Source: Rhynchopus sp. YZ270_cl-10 (Eukaryota). Taken from it: a stretch of 64,000 nt of DNA. Within the stretch, counting starts at the first letter, position 1; each line of letters starts with the position of its first letter. The notes below the pieces were generated by a model. It saw only the letters and a list, made by a program, of their open reading frames with translations, searched no databases and was not told the origin of the DNA. Location: positions 1,054,001 through 1,118,000 of the forward strand of contig OZ037845.1 of the NCBI GenBank assembly GCA_964035575.1, read 5' to 3'. This document shows, piece after piece, positions 1-12,522 of the stretch. The position numbers and the translations under genes are program-made.

Positions 1-852
1 CCCATTGCCTGCATCACCGTGAGCACCGAGAACCACGTTGTGGTTATGCATGTGGTGCAGTGGGGTGACTACCGGGAGTGGGCAGGCGAGAAGCATACAC
101 CCAACCTGACACGCCTCTTGAAAAGCAACCGTGTCATGAAGGTCGCATCCAACGCATATCAAATCACAAAGGCGCTCCAAATAGAGTTCAATCTGGAGAC
201 CAGTGGGTTTGTTGACCTTGGGGAGTTTGCGAAGGAGGCAATGCACGTTGCGCAGACGAACGGCGTGTGGTTTCAGCCCACCGGGTTTTCGTTTCATGAC
301 CTCGCGAATTTGTTTTTTGCAGGTCGCTATCCAAGACCGTTGCAGACTTTGATGTCTAATTGGCATATCCTTCCTTTGTCAAGCAATCAATTAGTGTTCA
401 GTTCGAATCAGGCGCACACGACCCTGCAGTTGTACAATAAGATAAGCGCGTTGAAGGAGAAATCGCTTACGTCCATGATGGGACCGTATCATGCAGTGCA
501 CGTGGTGATCAACACTTTGGTGCTACGGTGGGCTGTGGACAAGGAATCATTGCAGGCAGACTTTAAGAAGAACAGCGACTTCTACTTCAAGGTGCAGGGG
601 TTGCTGCAGAAGGCGTTCCGCGACTTTGGGGGAATAGACTGGTTCTGGTTCACCTGTGCGCCACAGACGCTTTGTGTAGCCTTCACCGATCCTGCCAAAG
701 CAGAAGCAGCTGTGGCCTCCTTTGCAGGCCACCGCAACATCATCGTTACCGACAGAGAAGTCGACTGGGAGGACTGCAAAAAGGAGTTCCAGCTCCGCTA
801 CGCAGCACACAAAAAGCCGCATGCTGTGACACCCCAGCAATACCAAGACTGA
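1..852 (+). CDS. 5'-truncated protein with a degenerate DEDDy 3'-5' exonuclease-like (WRN/EXD-type) domain
   Basis: Frame is open from base 1. LTRLLKSNRVMKV...FVDL...SFHDLANLFF...MSNWHILPLSSNQLVFSSNQA resembles the exonuclease C-terminal SNW-x2-PL-x3-Q-x2-YAAxDA motif, with the catalytic Tyr/Asp missing. Confidence 0.55.
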   Translation, partial: PIACITVSTENHVVVMHVVQWGDYREWAGEKHTPNLTRLLKSNRVMKVASNAYQITKALQIEFNLETSGFVDLGEFAKEAMHVAQTNGVWFQPTGFSFHDLANLFFAGRYPRPLQTLMSNWHILPLSSNQLVFSSNQAHTTLQLYNKISALKEKSLTSMMGPYHAVHVVINTLVLRWAVDKESLQADFKKNSDFYFKVQGLLQKAFRDFGGIDWFWFTCAPQTLCVAFTDPAKAEAAVASFAGHRNIIVTDREVDWEDCKKEFQLRYAAHKKPHAVTPQQYQD

Positions 853-1063
853 GATAATTATTTTTGTTGAGGCAAAAAAAAATGTGAGGGCTTACTGATG
901 CAAGCGACGAAAAAGGGAACCAGAGGCAGAGTTTGTCTCGAGGCTTTTTCAAGGAAAAATAAAGAAGAATATTTCATTTTTTTTTAAATCATACAAGCCC
1001 CATCCCCCTTTCCCCTCTCACCCACACATTCTTCAACCGCAATATTCCAGGTAAGGGTTTAAA

Positions 1064-2387
1064 ATGACAAAGGGAACTACCTCCCGTGGAGAGAGGAGTG
1101 GACACCACTCGCACACGTATGTAACGGATTAACTTTCTCTTCTTGTTGGGGACCAAGCAAGGTTCAAGTTCATCTGACGAATATCTTTTTCTCTATTTTA
1201 TGGAAAATAAAAGGCAATCCCACATAAAAAAACACCACACCCCTCCTCCCCTCCACAGCCTGTGCCGTCGCTGTGGAAAGCGTTCCTTCCACACACGTCT
1301 TCTGAGATGTGCGTCGTGCAGCTTCCCCAACCCCCGCATGAGGAGGTATGTTCCTTCCCCTTCCCTTTTTCTCTCCCTCCTCTCTCTCTTCCACACACGT
1401 GTGAAAGAGGCGCGCTTCACGTGTACGCGGGCACTGCGGAGCGAGTCCAGGCGTGAAACCAAATTGTGCACCACACACAAAAAGGTGAAGCTGCGTCTGA
1501 AGCACGGAGCGGGTGCACTATACGCGTCGAACGAAGATTCATCTTCCTCCAAACTCGGGTCATTCGCAGTCTGAACAGAGCCATACTCCAGTTCCTCGCG
1601 TTGCAAAAGCACAGCCCCCCATTCGCGGAGTGAGAGTGGTGTCTTGCGTTTCTGGTACGGGGTGCCCTCTGTGCCGTACGGAAACAAGTGAGGAAACGCC
1701 CTGGGCCAGAAGGTGTCATCGTACTGCGACAGAGGGCTGCTCTGGTCCACAGTCAAGATGTACTTCGCGTTCCTGTTCCCGTCAGTGCTCGCAGCAGAAG
1801 CAGCAGCAGCAGCCACAGCTTTTCCACCACTACCGGTCGACGCAGTCTCCCACGCATCATCAACGTCCCTCTCGAAGCTGCTCACTGCTTCCTTGTACTT
1901 CTCCACAAAAGTCTGGTTGAGGTACTCGACGATTTTCGCATCATCGCTGCACACGTTGCGGAGGTCGTTCACAAGCTGCTGGAGGGCAGGGTTGCGGTTC
2001 AGGCATTCATCCACTTTGCATCAGTTTTGCGTCCTCTTTGTTTATTTTCACCTTATCTACCACCTTTACCGACCAGGCTACTGACACTCTATGGGACATA
2101 TTCTGCGCAAGAATTACCACTATTAATTATCAGTCACACTCACATCATTGGCCATATTCGGTGAGAGATTACCCACACCTGATATCAAACACACATAACA
2201 AAACATATCATTTTCACTTCACCACACCCAACACCCAACACACAGGTACCACTGGTCCGTGCAGGCCATCCGTCGCCGCACCACAGGAGCTGGCCGTATG
2301 CGTTTCCTGAAGAACGTTGACCGCCGCGCCAAGAACGGATTCCGTGAGGGAACCGTTGCCAAGCGTCAGGTCAAGAAGACCGCATAG
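1064..2387 (+). CDS. RPL37: 60S ribosomal protein L37 (eL37), copy 1; exons 1064-1116, 1259-1345, 2246-2387
   Basis: Spliced product [29 protein letters not shown]...CASCSFP...[27 protein letters not shown]...CAG introns. Confidence 0.95.
1399..2014 (-). mobile_element. Helitron-like Rep-upstream coding fragment inserted in RPL37 intron 2
   Basis: Absent from the paralogous intron (about 11990). Uninterrupted minus-strand frame with PLSQY...AFPHLFPYG...R...LSLREW...LL...F..S..FL.VVHN...R, typical of the region before the Helitron Rep domain. Confidence 0.7.
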
Positions 2388-3230
2388 ACTACACACAAAA
2401 CAGTGTGAGTCGTTAGCGTACGCGGTGACAACAGAGTGATGGGGTACGACGTTGGGCAGCCGAGCGGACGATGCAGGGTCCTCCACCTCCCCCGCGTCTC
2501 GTACAAAACCCCCCATCCTGCCCCTTTTTGATCAGTATTTAGTCAGCTGTGGAATCGTTAGTTGTGCTCCCTTCACCCACGCCCCCGTCCACTCCCTAGG
2601 ATAGCATAGCCATGTCGACAAGAACAAATACCCCCCACCCCCCAAAATACCCCCCGCGTTACGGAAATCAACAGCGATGAATGGGCAACCACCTTCCCCC
2701 CAATGCCCCCAAAACACCCCCATCTCGACTGGAAAAAAAACTCAAAAATACCCCCTTCCCCCCAGGAACGAACTTAGCGAAGAAAGCGTCCGCCCCCTCA
2801 CCCACCTCACCCAACCTATCCCAAGGGGCTTTCTTTGTCGAACGATTTTTTTTTTCTCTCTCTCTTTTTTAAATAGAGTCAATCAGAAACATCTCTTTTT
2901 TATATTTTCCCCTTCCTATAGTATCCTCTGTGGCTACATCCAACAGAGGCGTTTACACTTCAAACATTTTTTTTTTTTTTTTTTTAATTCGAGGAATTTT
3001 CCTAAACTATAATACTCCATTCCACCCCCCTCTCCCACACACCACCTCCAGGAACGCTTGTTCCCCCTCACCCCCCTCCCCCCTTTCGGGGGCCCCGCTC
3101 CCCCCCCTCCTCCCCTTCCCTTCCACCCCTTCTTGCTGCGCCAACTTGCCGAACTTCTCCCCCTCTTCTCCCTTTTTCTTTTCCTTTGTCCCCTCTTCCT
3201 CTTCCTCCCTCCCCTCTTCCCCCTTACACC

Positions 3231-4454
3231 ATGGAAATAAGAATTGAGTTCGAAGGGTACAGCCCGTTTCTGATTGAGGTTTCAGATGATGATTCGTTGA
3301 GAGATGTGAAGCGGAGGATTAAAGAGCATTGTGGGTTGAGCTGTTCTGCTGGGGATTTGGTGTTGCGTGCGGCGTGTGGGTCGCAGGGGGCGGAGAGGGC
3401 GAGGCTTATTGCAAATGAGTGTCTTCAGTATTTGTCGTGTGGATCGACGGTGCATGTGGTGTTAGGAAGTTCGAGGACATTTTGCTATTCAGATGTGACA
3501 GCAACGACGTCAGAAGCGTTGCCCCCGAACACCCTCAACTCGCTCTTCTCCATCGGCACCACAGACCCCCCATCCGGCCGATACCTCCTCAAAGAAAGCC
3601 GCAACAAAGTCCAAAACCCTCCCGACGAAGGAGCAACCTATTTCACCCGCATGAAAAAGGTTACTAGGGAGAGCGGTGTATACCATGACAACCTTGTCAC
3701 AGAACGGGGCCTTTGGTACAAACGCCATGGACGGGAGACAAGCACCTGCCCTCTGAGAGGAAAGGATCAGGCTAGTTTTCAGGTAGTGCTTCTTATGGAT
3801 CTGGTAGACGGGTTGTCTCTAGAAGATGCGTTGTATCCACAAAGCTGTTGCAGAGAAGGGAGGTTTTTGTCAATGAGTGGTATCCAAGAGGTTGCACGAC
3901 AGGTTCTCTGTGGACTACACCATCTTCACCAGCACAATGTATCTCATGGGTTAATCCATCTCTCTCACCTTATGTTAGAAAGACGGACCTCAACAATCAA
4001 ACTTCTTCCAGGGTACAGCTTCACCCGATTATGTACAAATTGTTCTGATTGTCATATTGCGTGCCATACTTTGGTGTACTTAGCCCCAGAGGTGATGAAA
4101 GGAGAGTGTCTCTGTAAAAAGGCGAAGACACGTGGTGACATATGGTCGTTTGGGTTGTGTCTTGCGGAGCTGGCGTTGGGGAGGTTTCCGTTTAGAGAAT
4201 GCACGCCGTTGGAGGTGTTCTATAGAATCGCAAACTGCACTGCATGCCCGGTAGATTGGAAACGTCTGGAAGGTGAGCAAAGTGTGGAAATATGCCCACT
4301 CTTTAAATCCTTCCTTTCCCGCTGTCTTCAAACCGACCCAGCGAAACGTGCCTCAGCGGAGGAGCTCATGGACCACCCCTTCCTCAAGCACACCTACGAA
4401 GGATACGCAAAAAATGAGCTGGCTACGTGGCTCGCGGAAGCGGAAGAAGAATGA
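3231..4454 (+). CDS. Ubiquitin-like domain plus STE/MAP2K-like pseudokinase
   Basis: N-terminus MEIRIEF...IEVSDDDSLRDVKRRI (Ubl-like). YLAPE, DIWSFGLCLAELALGRFPF and KRASAEELMDHPF are present; HRD is replaced by HGL and there is no DFG. Confidence 0.75.
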   Translation: MEIRIEFEGYSPFLIEVSDDDSLRDVKRRIKEHCGLSCSAGDLVLRAACGSQGAERARLIANECLQYLSCGSTVHVVLGSSRTFCYSDVTATTSEALPPNTLNSLFSIGTTDPPSGRYLLKESRNKVQNPPDEGATYFTRMKKVTRESGVYHDNLVTERGLWYKRHGRETSTCPLRGKDQASFQVVLLMDLVDGLSLEDALYPQSCCREGRFLSMSGIQEVARQVLCGLHHLHQHNVSHGLIHLSHLMLERRTSTIKLLPGYSFTRLCTNCSDCHIACHTLVYLAPEVMKGECLCKKAKTRGDIWSFGLCLAELALGRFPFRECTPLEVFYRIANCTACPVDWKRLEGEQSVEICPLFKSFLSRCLQTDPAKRASAEELMDHPFLKHTYEGYAKNELATWLAEAEEE

Positions 4455-4950
4455 TATAAAAGGGGCAGAATTTTTTCTGCGAAGGAGAACTAATTTAACC
4501 CCAATGTTTTTCTTATCATAAAGATAGTAAAGATATGTGCATGCTAAGTGTATTCATCAATTTCAATTTTTTTGGGGGGAGAGTAGTGTTTTTTTTGGAA
4601 AGAAAGAGAGTGTTTTTTGACGTTTCTGTCGGTCTTTCGTTTTCGTTACTTTCTTTCAATTCTCATTTGTGTTTTTTTATGGTTGTATCAAATATAAAAT
4701 ATATCTGACGGGAAAGAAACAGAACCACGTCAATGGTGATTGTCATGCTATCACCAGGGAGGCTGTTTTCAATGGATTTCCACAACAGAAGGGGGGGTTT
4801 TTTGTTTCGTTTGCAGGAGAACCTATACTACCCATTTTAGACCCCTTTTAAACACTGGAAGCAATGGGAAAACGTAGTGGATAACAGAGGTTTTGAGATA
4901 TCATTCTGCCCAATCATTTAGCGGTATAGGGAGTACAAGCTGAAAGTACT

Positions 4951-5010
4951 GTAGTGAAACGCATCCTTGGATGTCTACACTGATACAACCAAAGTTTTCA
5001 AAAAAAAATA
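4951..5010 (+). repeat. About 55-bp A-tailed dispersed repeat (other copies about 5503-5558 and 11176-11234)
   Basis: tagtg...catcct.gg..gtctacact.atacaacc.a.gttttcaaaaaa seen three times. Confidence 0.6.
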
Positions 5011-7207
5011 AAAAAGGGAGGCAGTGTTGCCCAGTTGTGTTCAGAAGTGTTCTCCATATGGGAAGGACTCCACTGAACCGAAAAAAGGCATTCTCCCCTT
5101 TTTGAGGTTACTAAACGAGAGGCAGATTCCTTAGAGCAGGATGCAATATTTTTTCTGATTTTTAGTTATAAGACATCAACTGCTTTTATACCTACAAGAG
5201 TAGCTTAAAGGAGAAATAGTTCCTCAGATACGGTTGCCAATCACCCCTCAAACAGGGTAATTGTGCAATCAACGAAAAAACCTTTTTTCCTTTTACTTAC
5301 CTATCAGAGTTACTATTTTTTTTTTTTTTGGTAAGTTTTGGTAAGTTTTCACTTGCCATACCCGATTTGGGTTTATCAGAGCTGGGCCACTGTGTTTTAT
5401 TGAAGGTGGCGCTTCCCTTCACCCTTGCCCAGTTGATTTGAGTGTCGTTCTCATTTCTAGATCAGTCTAGCAAAAAGCTGCTGTCAATGTGGTTGGTAAA
5501 GTATAGTGGAGGTCATCCTCGGGTTGTCTACACTAATACAACCGAGGTTTTCAAAAAAGTAACCGAGTGTCTTGGTATGCTTTGTAAGATTTGCTTCTTC
5601 TACTTACACTGCGAGATGACACATCAACTTATCAACTTTATGCCCTTTTTTTTGAAAGGCTTTGGCATTTCAAGTCAACTTTTTTTTTTCCATAGTATTC
5701 CTCTTCCAGCTTGGGAGATTTTTTTGTCGTTTTATTCCGCATATTGACTTCTTTTTATGCCCACAGAACATCAGCACCTGCGTCCAGTCGTTTGCACTGC
5801 CAATATCATTTTTACACTACATTGGTGTAAACGCTGTCAGGGACCTGTCAATTTTGGGGGGGGGGTATGTATAAAGTGTGCACCCCCCTCTGTCAGGGAC
5901 CTGTCAATACCGGCCCCGGAACACCATACATCCAAAGGAAAATGTCACATCAGACCCTTCCTATTCGTCGTTACTCGATATTGAGGTACCCCTGGGTGTG
6001 GTGGGGAAACTGTCCACTTGGCAAAGGTTTTTTTTTTTTTTTGCTGTTGTTGCATTGAAAGAAAATGCGCGAAATTGTTGGTTCCTCCCCCCTTTTTGAA
6101 ATGTGTGTGCACGAGAGGCACATTCATGTTTACAAATTTTGGTTTTTATTTTTTTTTTTATCCTTTACTCCGCCGGCTTTCTTAAAATCATTTGTTCTAC
6201 GTTCTGGTTTCTGGTTCACATTTTTCCCCCCACCGCCCCCCTTTTTTTATCCGCCGCGAATGGCACTGAATAGTACCTGAGTGTCACGTGGAAAGGTAGA
6301 GGTTCTGACTTGATGTTGTGAAGAAAAGGGTGCAGTGACGACTGTCTGTACCACACAAAGAGTTGCCAACAAAAGTTACTGTTGCGTTGAAACGTGGATA
6401 TCGTCGATGCTGTCAGGATGGCGCAGACCCTGTGGGGTGCATTAAAAGCCTTCTTCATTGCCGCATTTCTTTGGTGTGTGTATTGAGTATCGAGTGCGAG
6501 GCACTCTCGACAGCGTTCAAGCACGATGTCTGTGCACGAGAGGTGCAGTCATCTTGCAAAAGTTTTCCTTCTCTTTTTCAGGATATTTTTTAGGCGACCT
6601 AAAAACGCTTTTTAGGCGACGCTGATGGGCGCTTTCACCTTTCAAAAAAAAAAAAAGAATCATAAACATTCAGGCGATGGTTCCATGTGATGCACGAGAG
6701 GTTTTTTCATTGAATTGAAGTTTTCTCTTGTCCCGCGCCATTCCAGGGGCGTGTGCATGTCATCAACTTACCTGAAATTTCTCAAAAGATCGGCAAAATT
6801 TGCCACAATAATGGGGTAGCGAGGGGTTACAAATCACAAACGCGATTTTTTTAACACCGTTTTCAATTTTTTGTGTTTTTTGGTGCAACAATTTCTGCAT
6901 AGAAATCTAAAATCAAAGCAAAATCTTCATAGGTTTTTTTTATGAATGTTTGTGCTTTGCTATGCCCTCGCCACCTCAACGTTATAAAGAAAATGCTGCT
7001 CTATTCCCCCACGCAAGCATCTAGGATGATGCTTGGCTAAACATAAGAAAAACCGATGTTCCCTTCACCATATGTGATACATCTTTGAAGTTTCGTGCCC
7101 TTATTTTCGAAGAGCTTTGTGCATATCAGCCCACACTTCATTATCAAGTATCCAAAGATGCTGTTACATTCTTTGAGGTCTTGTGTCCTCTCTTGTGTCC
7201 TGGGATA

Positions 7208-7421
7208 TATACGACGACCTAAGTTCTGCCCAAAATATAACTAAGCCCCTGTAAAAACAAGGATGTTGAAGGGCAAGCAAAACAATTAGTTTAATTTTAG
7301 GGGTAACATTACAAGGGGGCTATTCCAGGGTAACCCTTGTTATGTAACTAGGTTGTAATGTAACGTAGTTCTACCTTGTTATGTTATACCTCAGTTTCGG
7401 GTATAACTGGGTCGTTGTATA
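7208..7421. mobile_element. Putative MITE with imperfect TIRs of about 28 bp
   Basis: Left end tatacgacgacctaagttctgcccaaaa versus reverse complement of right end tatacaacgacccagttatacccgaaa. Confidence 0.5.
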
Positions 7422-8295
7422 TCGAGATGTTTAATCCCCCCTCCTTTCTTGTGTATTGTGAACCACATTCATCTTTCAAGTTCTATTTTCTGGGGGTTGT
7501 GATCCATTCTATACCTTTGTTTAGAAAGACATAGGCAACGTTGTGGGAGTGGGTAGCGTTTCTTTGGCATTCTTTCCGCTTTTCTTGCCTAAGACACGAA
7601 GAGTACAATTAGTATAGATTCTAGGGCAGAGTGTTTGTGATTTATTGCAGTAATTTTTTTGAGGTAGCAGCGGGTTGTGTTGTGTATGCTGATGTATTTT
7701 TACCATCAGAACATGGGGTGGTTTTGACCGATATTTAGAATTCTGTATTTTTTTTTTTTTTTTTGTGTTTTTTGGTGCATGTGTTGACCCTCTCAAATAC
7801 TTTCAATTCTGTGAACTGAAAGTATATGAATCTAATTTTTTTTGTTTTTTTTGTTGTTGCTTGCACGCAGTGTAAAGGCGGTTCTGCTGCGGTCAACGAA
7901 AAAAGACAGAAGTCGATTATTAGAACAAAACTGTGGCAAAGTGTTTGTTCAGTGTCAGGTGAATAGGCATAGAGGTGTACGTTCATCTTCAGTCAAAACT
8001 TTAAATCGTTTTTATGGTTTTATACCTCGCATAGCTGAAAGGAGAAATAGTTCCTCCGATACGGTCCGCCAATCCCTCTAGCAGGGTAATTGAGCAATCA
8101 ATGCAAAATATTGCAATCAACTATGTCCATTATTGAGTCCCACATGATTTGCGCGACTCGTGGTAGTCGGTTGGGGGTGGAAGTTTTGGTGGGCCTGGAC
8201 GGGGGTGACCTCAGCAGGCAGTGGAGTTGTCCATGGAGTTTGGGTCAACAGGAGACGCAGATCTCGGCCTTAAAAAAAAGTAAAGTGTGAGAGAA

Positions 8296-8640
8296 AGTGC
8301 AAGACCTCAACATTTGAGAGGAGGCGCACGATATAAATGACAAGAAAAAGATGATCAACAGTAAGAACAGTGTAGACCTCAAAGTCCAGAAAGAGATGTA
8401 CGAGAATAAAAATGAGATGATAGAAAAAGATGATCAACAGTGCACAGGGCTCATGATAACCAGATCAGTGCAGAAAAGGGAGTCGTACCCGATGTCCCAC
8501 CGAAAATGATAACAGTAAAATTAACAGTGAGAACCGTGCAAGACCTTGAATTCAGGAGGAGATGCACGGATGATAACAAGAAAAAGATTACAGTGCACAG
8601 GGCTCATCCGAGGCTGACAACCAGATCAGCACAGAAAATG
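8296..8640. repeat. Degenerate purine-rich tandem repeats
   Basis: Recurring gtgcaagacct...gagatg.acg...aagaaaaagatgatcaacagt and gtgcacagggctcat units. Confidence 0.5.
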
Positions 8641-11588
8641 GAGTCGCACTCGATAATCCTGTCCCACCGTCGGCTTTGTTGGGTTACGGTGTGGACACGA
8701 CAAAAAATGGCTTACCACGTGGTGACGTCGGAGAAGTCAACAAAAATTAAAACGGGAAAATGGAAGAGGCTTCAGACCGAGGACTCAGCGAGGATTTTGG
8801 GACGGCACTGTGTTTAGGCATTCTGTACGCCATTTGGACAGTGAAGACAGCCAAGCCGACCATGCCTGCTTAACTGTGGCCTTGGCTTTAAGTTCATTTT
8901 TGAATGCACTGTGCTACATGAGGTCAGCAGAATCACTGAGGTGTTGGAGGAGAAGCCGAACCGTCCAAAAGGCGAACCAACGAAAGGACGACTCCACGAA
9001 TAGTACAACACAACCCATACCAACGCGGAGCACACCACCATGCTGCAGCGCTTCCGAGTACACACAGTAGCGTTCGTTTCCAAGCACATCAGAAGCAGTC
9101 AAACCATGCACCGCTCACCTCCGTGCGACCTACGGAAGGTAGTGGCGGAGTTTTTTGCCTTATATGATATACAGATCTCCCCTTACAAGAACGCAAGATG
9201 CGCGAGGACAGTGCAAGACCTCAGAAAAGGAGGAGATATATAAGAGATAAACGGTGGACAAGGCTGATAAGAAGAACCTCTGTGTGAGTTGTGGAAGTGA
9301 AGAAAAAGTGTTGCAGGAAATACAGATGCCAACACCAAAGAAATGAAGATGAATACAAAGAAAAGGCGGAAGACCACCAATTGCGGAGTCTATTGTGACC
9401 CAGACGGAAGCAGAAGGGTTGAGAATATGAGTGTTTAGAAGTTATACAGAAAACAACACCAAACAGAACACTGATAAACAGAGTATTACAGGTTGTACAG
9501 AAAGATACCAAACAAAAAGACAAAATGAATACAAAGAAAGGTGGACGACCACCAATCGTGGAGTCTATTGTGACCCAGATGAATAATTGTGCAACAGAAC
9601 GAACGAACATCTGGTAGATACGCTGGCTTCGTCTACGTGGACACAGCCTTGTTTCAGTAGCCTTTGGATAAAGACATACAGAGCACGATGAAGTTGAGCG
9701 ATGAGAGGAGGCATCACAAATACGCACAGATGCTTTCTGATGGTTTGGACCTACCCCCTGCAAAACTGCAAACGCGCGATGATGGTTTTGGCTGGTGTTG
9801 ACGCGATTGTGTGGATTAAAAATGCTATGCATGTTTGGTACTTTTCGAGTGTGTTTTATTTTGTTTTTGTTTTGTATTTTGTGTAGAAATACACAATTAG
9901 CAACAAGCCCTTTTTGCCTCTTTTCCACGCCTCAGTAGGATGCGTTAGTTATTTTCAGAGAGCCCCATCTCTCAGGTCCATGCTTGCCTTCAAGGCAACC
10001 AAAAAGGGAGACAAAGCGCTTCTCCTCTGATATCCGGGTAATTGTTTGATTCCTTCCTCTTTTTGTCTGGCCGCGTCCCTGTGTAAAGACCTACGTAAGA
10101 AGTGGTCTGACCTACCTATTAGCTGTTCCTCACGGCTGGTATTCGGTGGAGAAGTGCTCGTTTTAGATAGATTTTTACAGTGTCTGCGTACGCTGAAGAC
10201 GGCGAGGCATGTGCACTGTCAAATTCTATTTTATTTCATTTTTTTTTTTTTTTTTGTAGAGATTTATGACAACAAAGTGTACACGAATAGGTAGTTTTCC
10301 CGAACGTGTCTCATGTGATAAAGGATGTGTTCCGCACAGCTTTGGGGCCATATTCTGTGCAAGAATTACCCCTATTAGTTATCAAAAAAAAAAAAAGCTG
10401 TGATTCGAAGTGTTTCAATGTTGTTCAATGTTCCTGTATTGCGTCGGTTGGCAAAATCCCCATTTTCTCCCTCTTTCCTCCCACTTTTACTAACACCTAC
10501 TCTAGCTAGTTCTGTTTTGACCCCTTTCTGTTTTGGTTTTCTTTTCCCTTTTTTTGCTTGATGTGTTCGGGGTTGTTTGTTTCTTGCAGTTATGTTGATC
10601 TGTTACAAGAAAATGTTGGCATTTTCTCATCTCATTCGCTCCTCGCCCTCGAGTCGGTGTTCCAAAAGATGTGTGTCTTGAGACTCATTTTCAGTTCATC
10701 TTTCAAGTTTTTTTGAAACAACGAGAGAGATCTTTTGTGCTCTTTTTCAATCCACATTTTTTTTTCATTTTACTTTTTTGGACCTAACTACGTCGGTTTC
10801 TGACTTGGGGGGTGACAAAAGAAAAAAGGATACGTTGTTAGAGTGACCTGGCAACTACACTATTCCAGTTTTTTTGATATTTATTTTTTGTGAGAAAGAA
10901 AGAACAAATCTCCCAAGATGAGAGCGTATCAACAGATCCTGCGTCGTCAGATTCTGGCATACGTTCGCATAGATGGTTCAACTCCCGAGAAGAAAAAAAA
11001 AAAGTTGCGGCTGAAAATGATGGTGTGAGAGGGTAATCCGGGAACCCGTTTTCGGGTGTCAAAAATTCGCAAAAAATCATGAAGAAAATTACAACCTCAT
11101 TTTTGTGAATTGATTTTTTGAGGAGGGGCCCTGTGCTGTGGGTTTACCCTGTGAAATATATGCAAAAAAAAAATATAGTGGAGTTCATCCTCGGGTGGCT
11201 ACACTAAAACAGCCAAGTTTTCAAAAAAAAAAAATGTTCGCCGTCATGCCTGCAACTGGAGTAGGGTTGACTTCTTTCAGAGCCGTGTTTTGTCTTCTTT
11301 GTTTTTGTTCGTGAAAATCAGCAATGCAGCAAAAAAAAAAATGAGCATTGCGCCCCGCCAAAAAAATAGCTAGCGTGTGGATTGGATTTAGGGGAAACCA
11401 ACGAAAAGAAAAAGAAAAAAAGAAAGCGTAAACAACAGCTACCAAAACCTTCGAGAACACAGTGGAGAGAGAAAAAAAAAGTTAGCATCTTCCCCCCTCT
11501 TTATTCTTCCCCATACCCTGCCCTCTCTTCTATTGATCATAACCCCCTTATCAACTCCCAACACAGCTAGGGTCAACAGACACACAAG

Positions 11589-12357
11589 ATGACAAAGGGA
11601 ACTACCTCCCGTGGAGAGAGGAGTGGACACCACTCGCACACGTATGTAACGGATTAACTTTCTCTTCTTCTTGATGACAAAGCGAGGTTCGAGTTTATCT
11701 GAAAAATATTTTTTCTCTCTATTTTATGCACGATGGGTGATATAGTACTCTGTTACAACGTTGTCGATAACGTTATACCACCCATAGTGCTTATGGAAAA
11801 TAAAAGGCAAGCCCACATAAAAAACACCACACCCCTCCTCCCCTCCACAGCCTGTGCCGTCGCTGTGGAAAGCGTTCCTTCCACACACGTCTTCTGAGAT
11901 GTGCGTCGTGCAGCTTCCCCAACCCCCGCATGAGGAGGTATGTTCCTTCCCCTTCCCTTTTTCTCTCCCTCCTCTCTCTCTTCCACACACCTTGCATCAG
12001 TTTTGCGCCCTTTTTGTTTATTTTCACCTCATCTACCACCTTTACCGACCAGGCTACTCACACTCCATGGGACATATTCTGCGCAAGAATTACCCTATTA
12101 ATTATCAGTCACACTCACATCATGGGCCATATTCGGTGAGAGATTACCCACACCTGATATCAAACACACATAACAAAACATATCATTTCCACTTCACCAC
12201 ACCCAACACACACAGGTACCACTGGTCCGTGCAGGCCATCCGTCGCCGCACCACAGGAGCTGGCCGTATGCGTTTCCTGAAGAACGTTGACCGCCGCGCC
12301 AAGAACGGATTCCGTGAGGGAACCGTTGCCAAGCGTCAGGTCAAGAAGACCGCATAG
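11589..12357 (+). CDS. RPL37: 60S ribosomal protein L37 (eL37), copy 2; exons 11589-11641, 11851-11937, 12216-12357
   Basis: Exons match copy 1 in length and sequence. Confidence 0.95.
11728..11790. mobile_element. 63-bp MITE with 17-bp imperfect TIRs and TTAT target-site duplication in RPL37 intron 1
   Basis: ttat|gcacgatgggtgatata...tataccacccatagtgc|ttat; the empty site with a single ttat is in copy 1 near 1200. Confidence 0.85.
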
Positions 12358-12522
12358 ACGAATCATGAACCCCGCTGCGCCGTGTCCTGCCCTAGGACAC
12401 GGCACGGCACCTATCATCTGATGACCCTGTAGGCAAACAAGAAATCCCATACACCCACCCTTTTCATAACCTCATGACCTTCCCTCCCCTCTCCCGCCTA
12501 CACCACCACAGAGTACACTAAG

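Noticed and set aside
5834..5908. 19-bp direct repeat ctgtcagggacctgtcaat
   Set aside because: Only two copies and no further structure; probably a local duplication.
9221..9928. 235-aa minus-strand ORF
   Set aside because: Low-complexity, no recognisable domain, opposite to the strand of all genes, and overlaps degenerate repeats.
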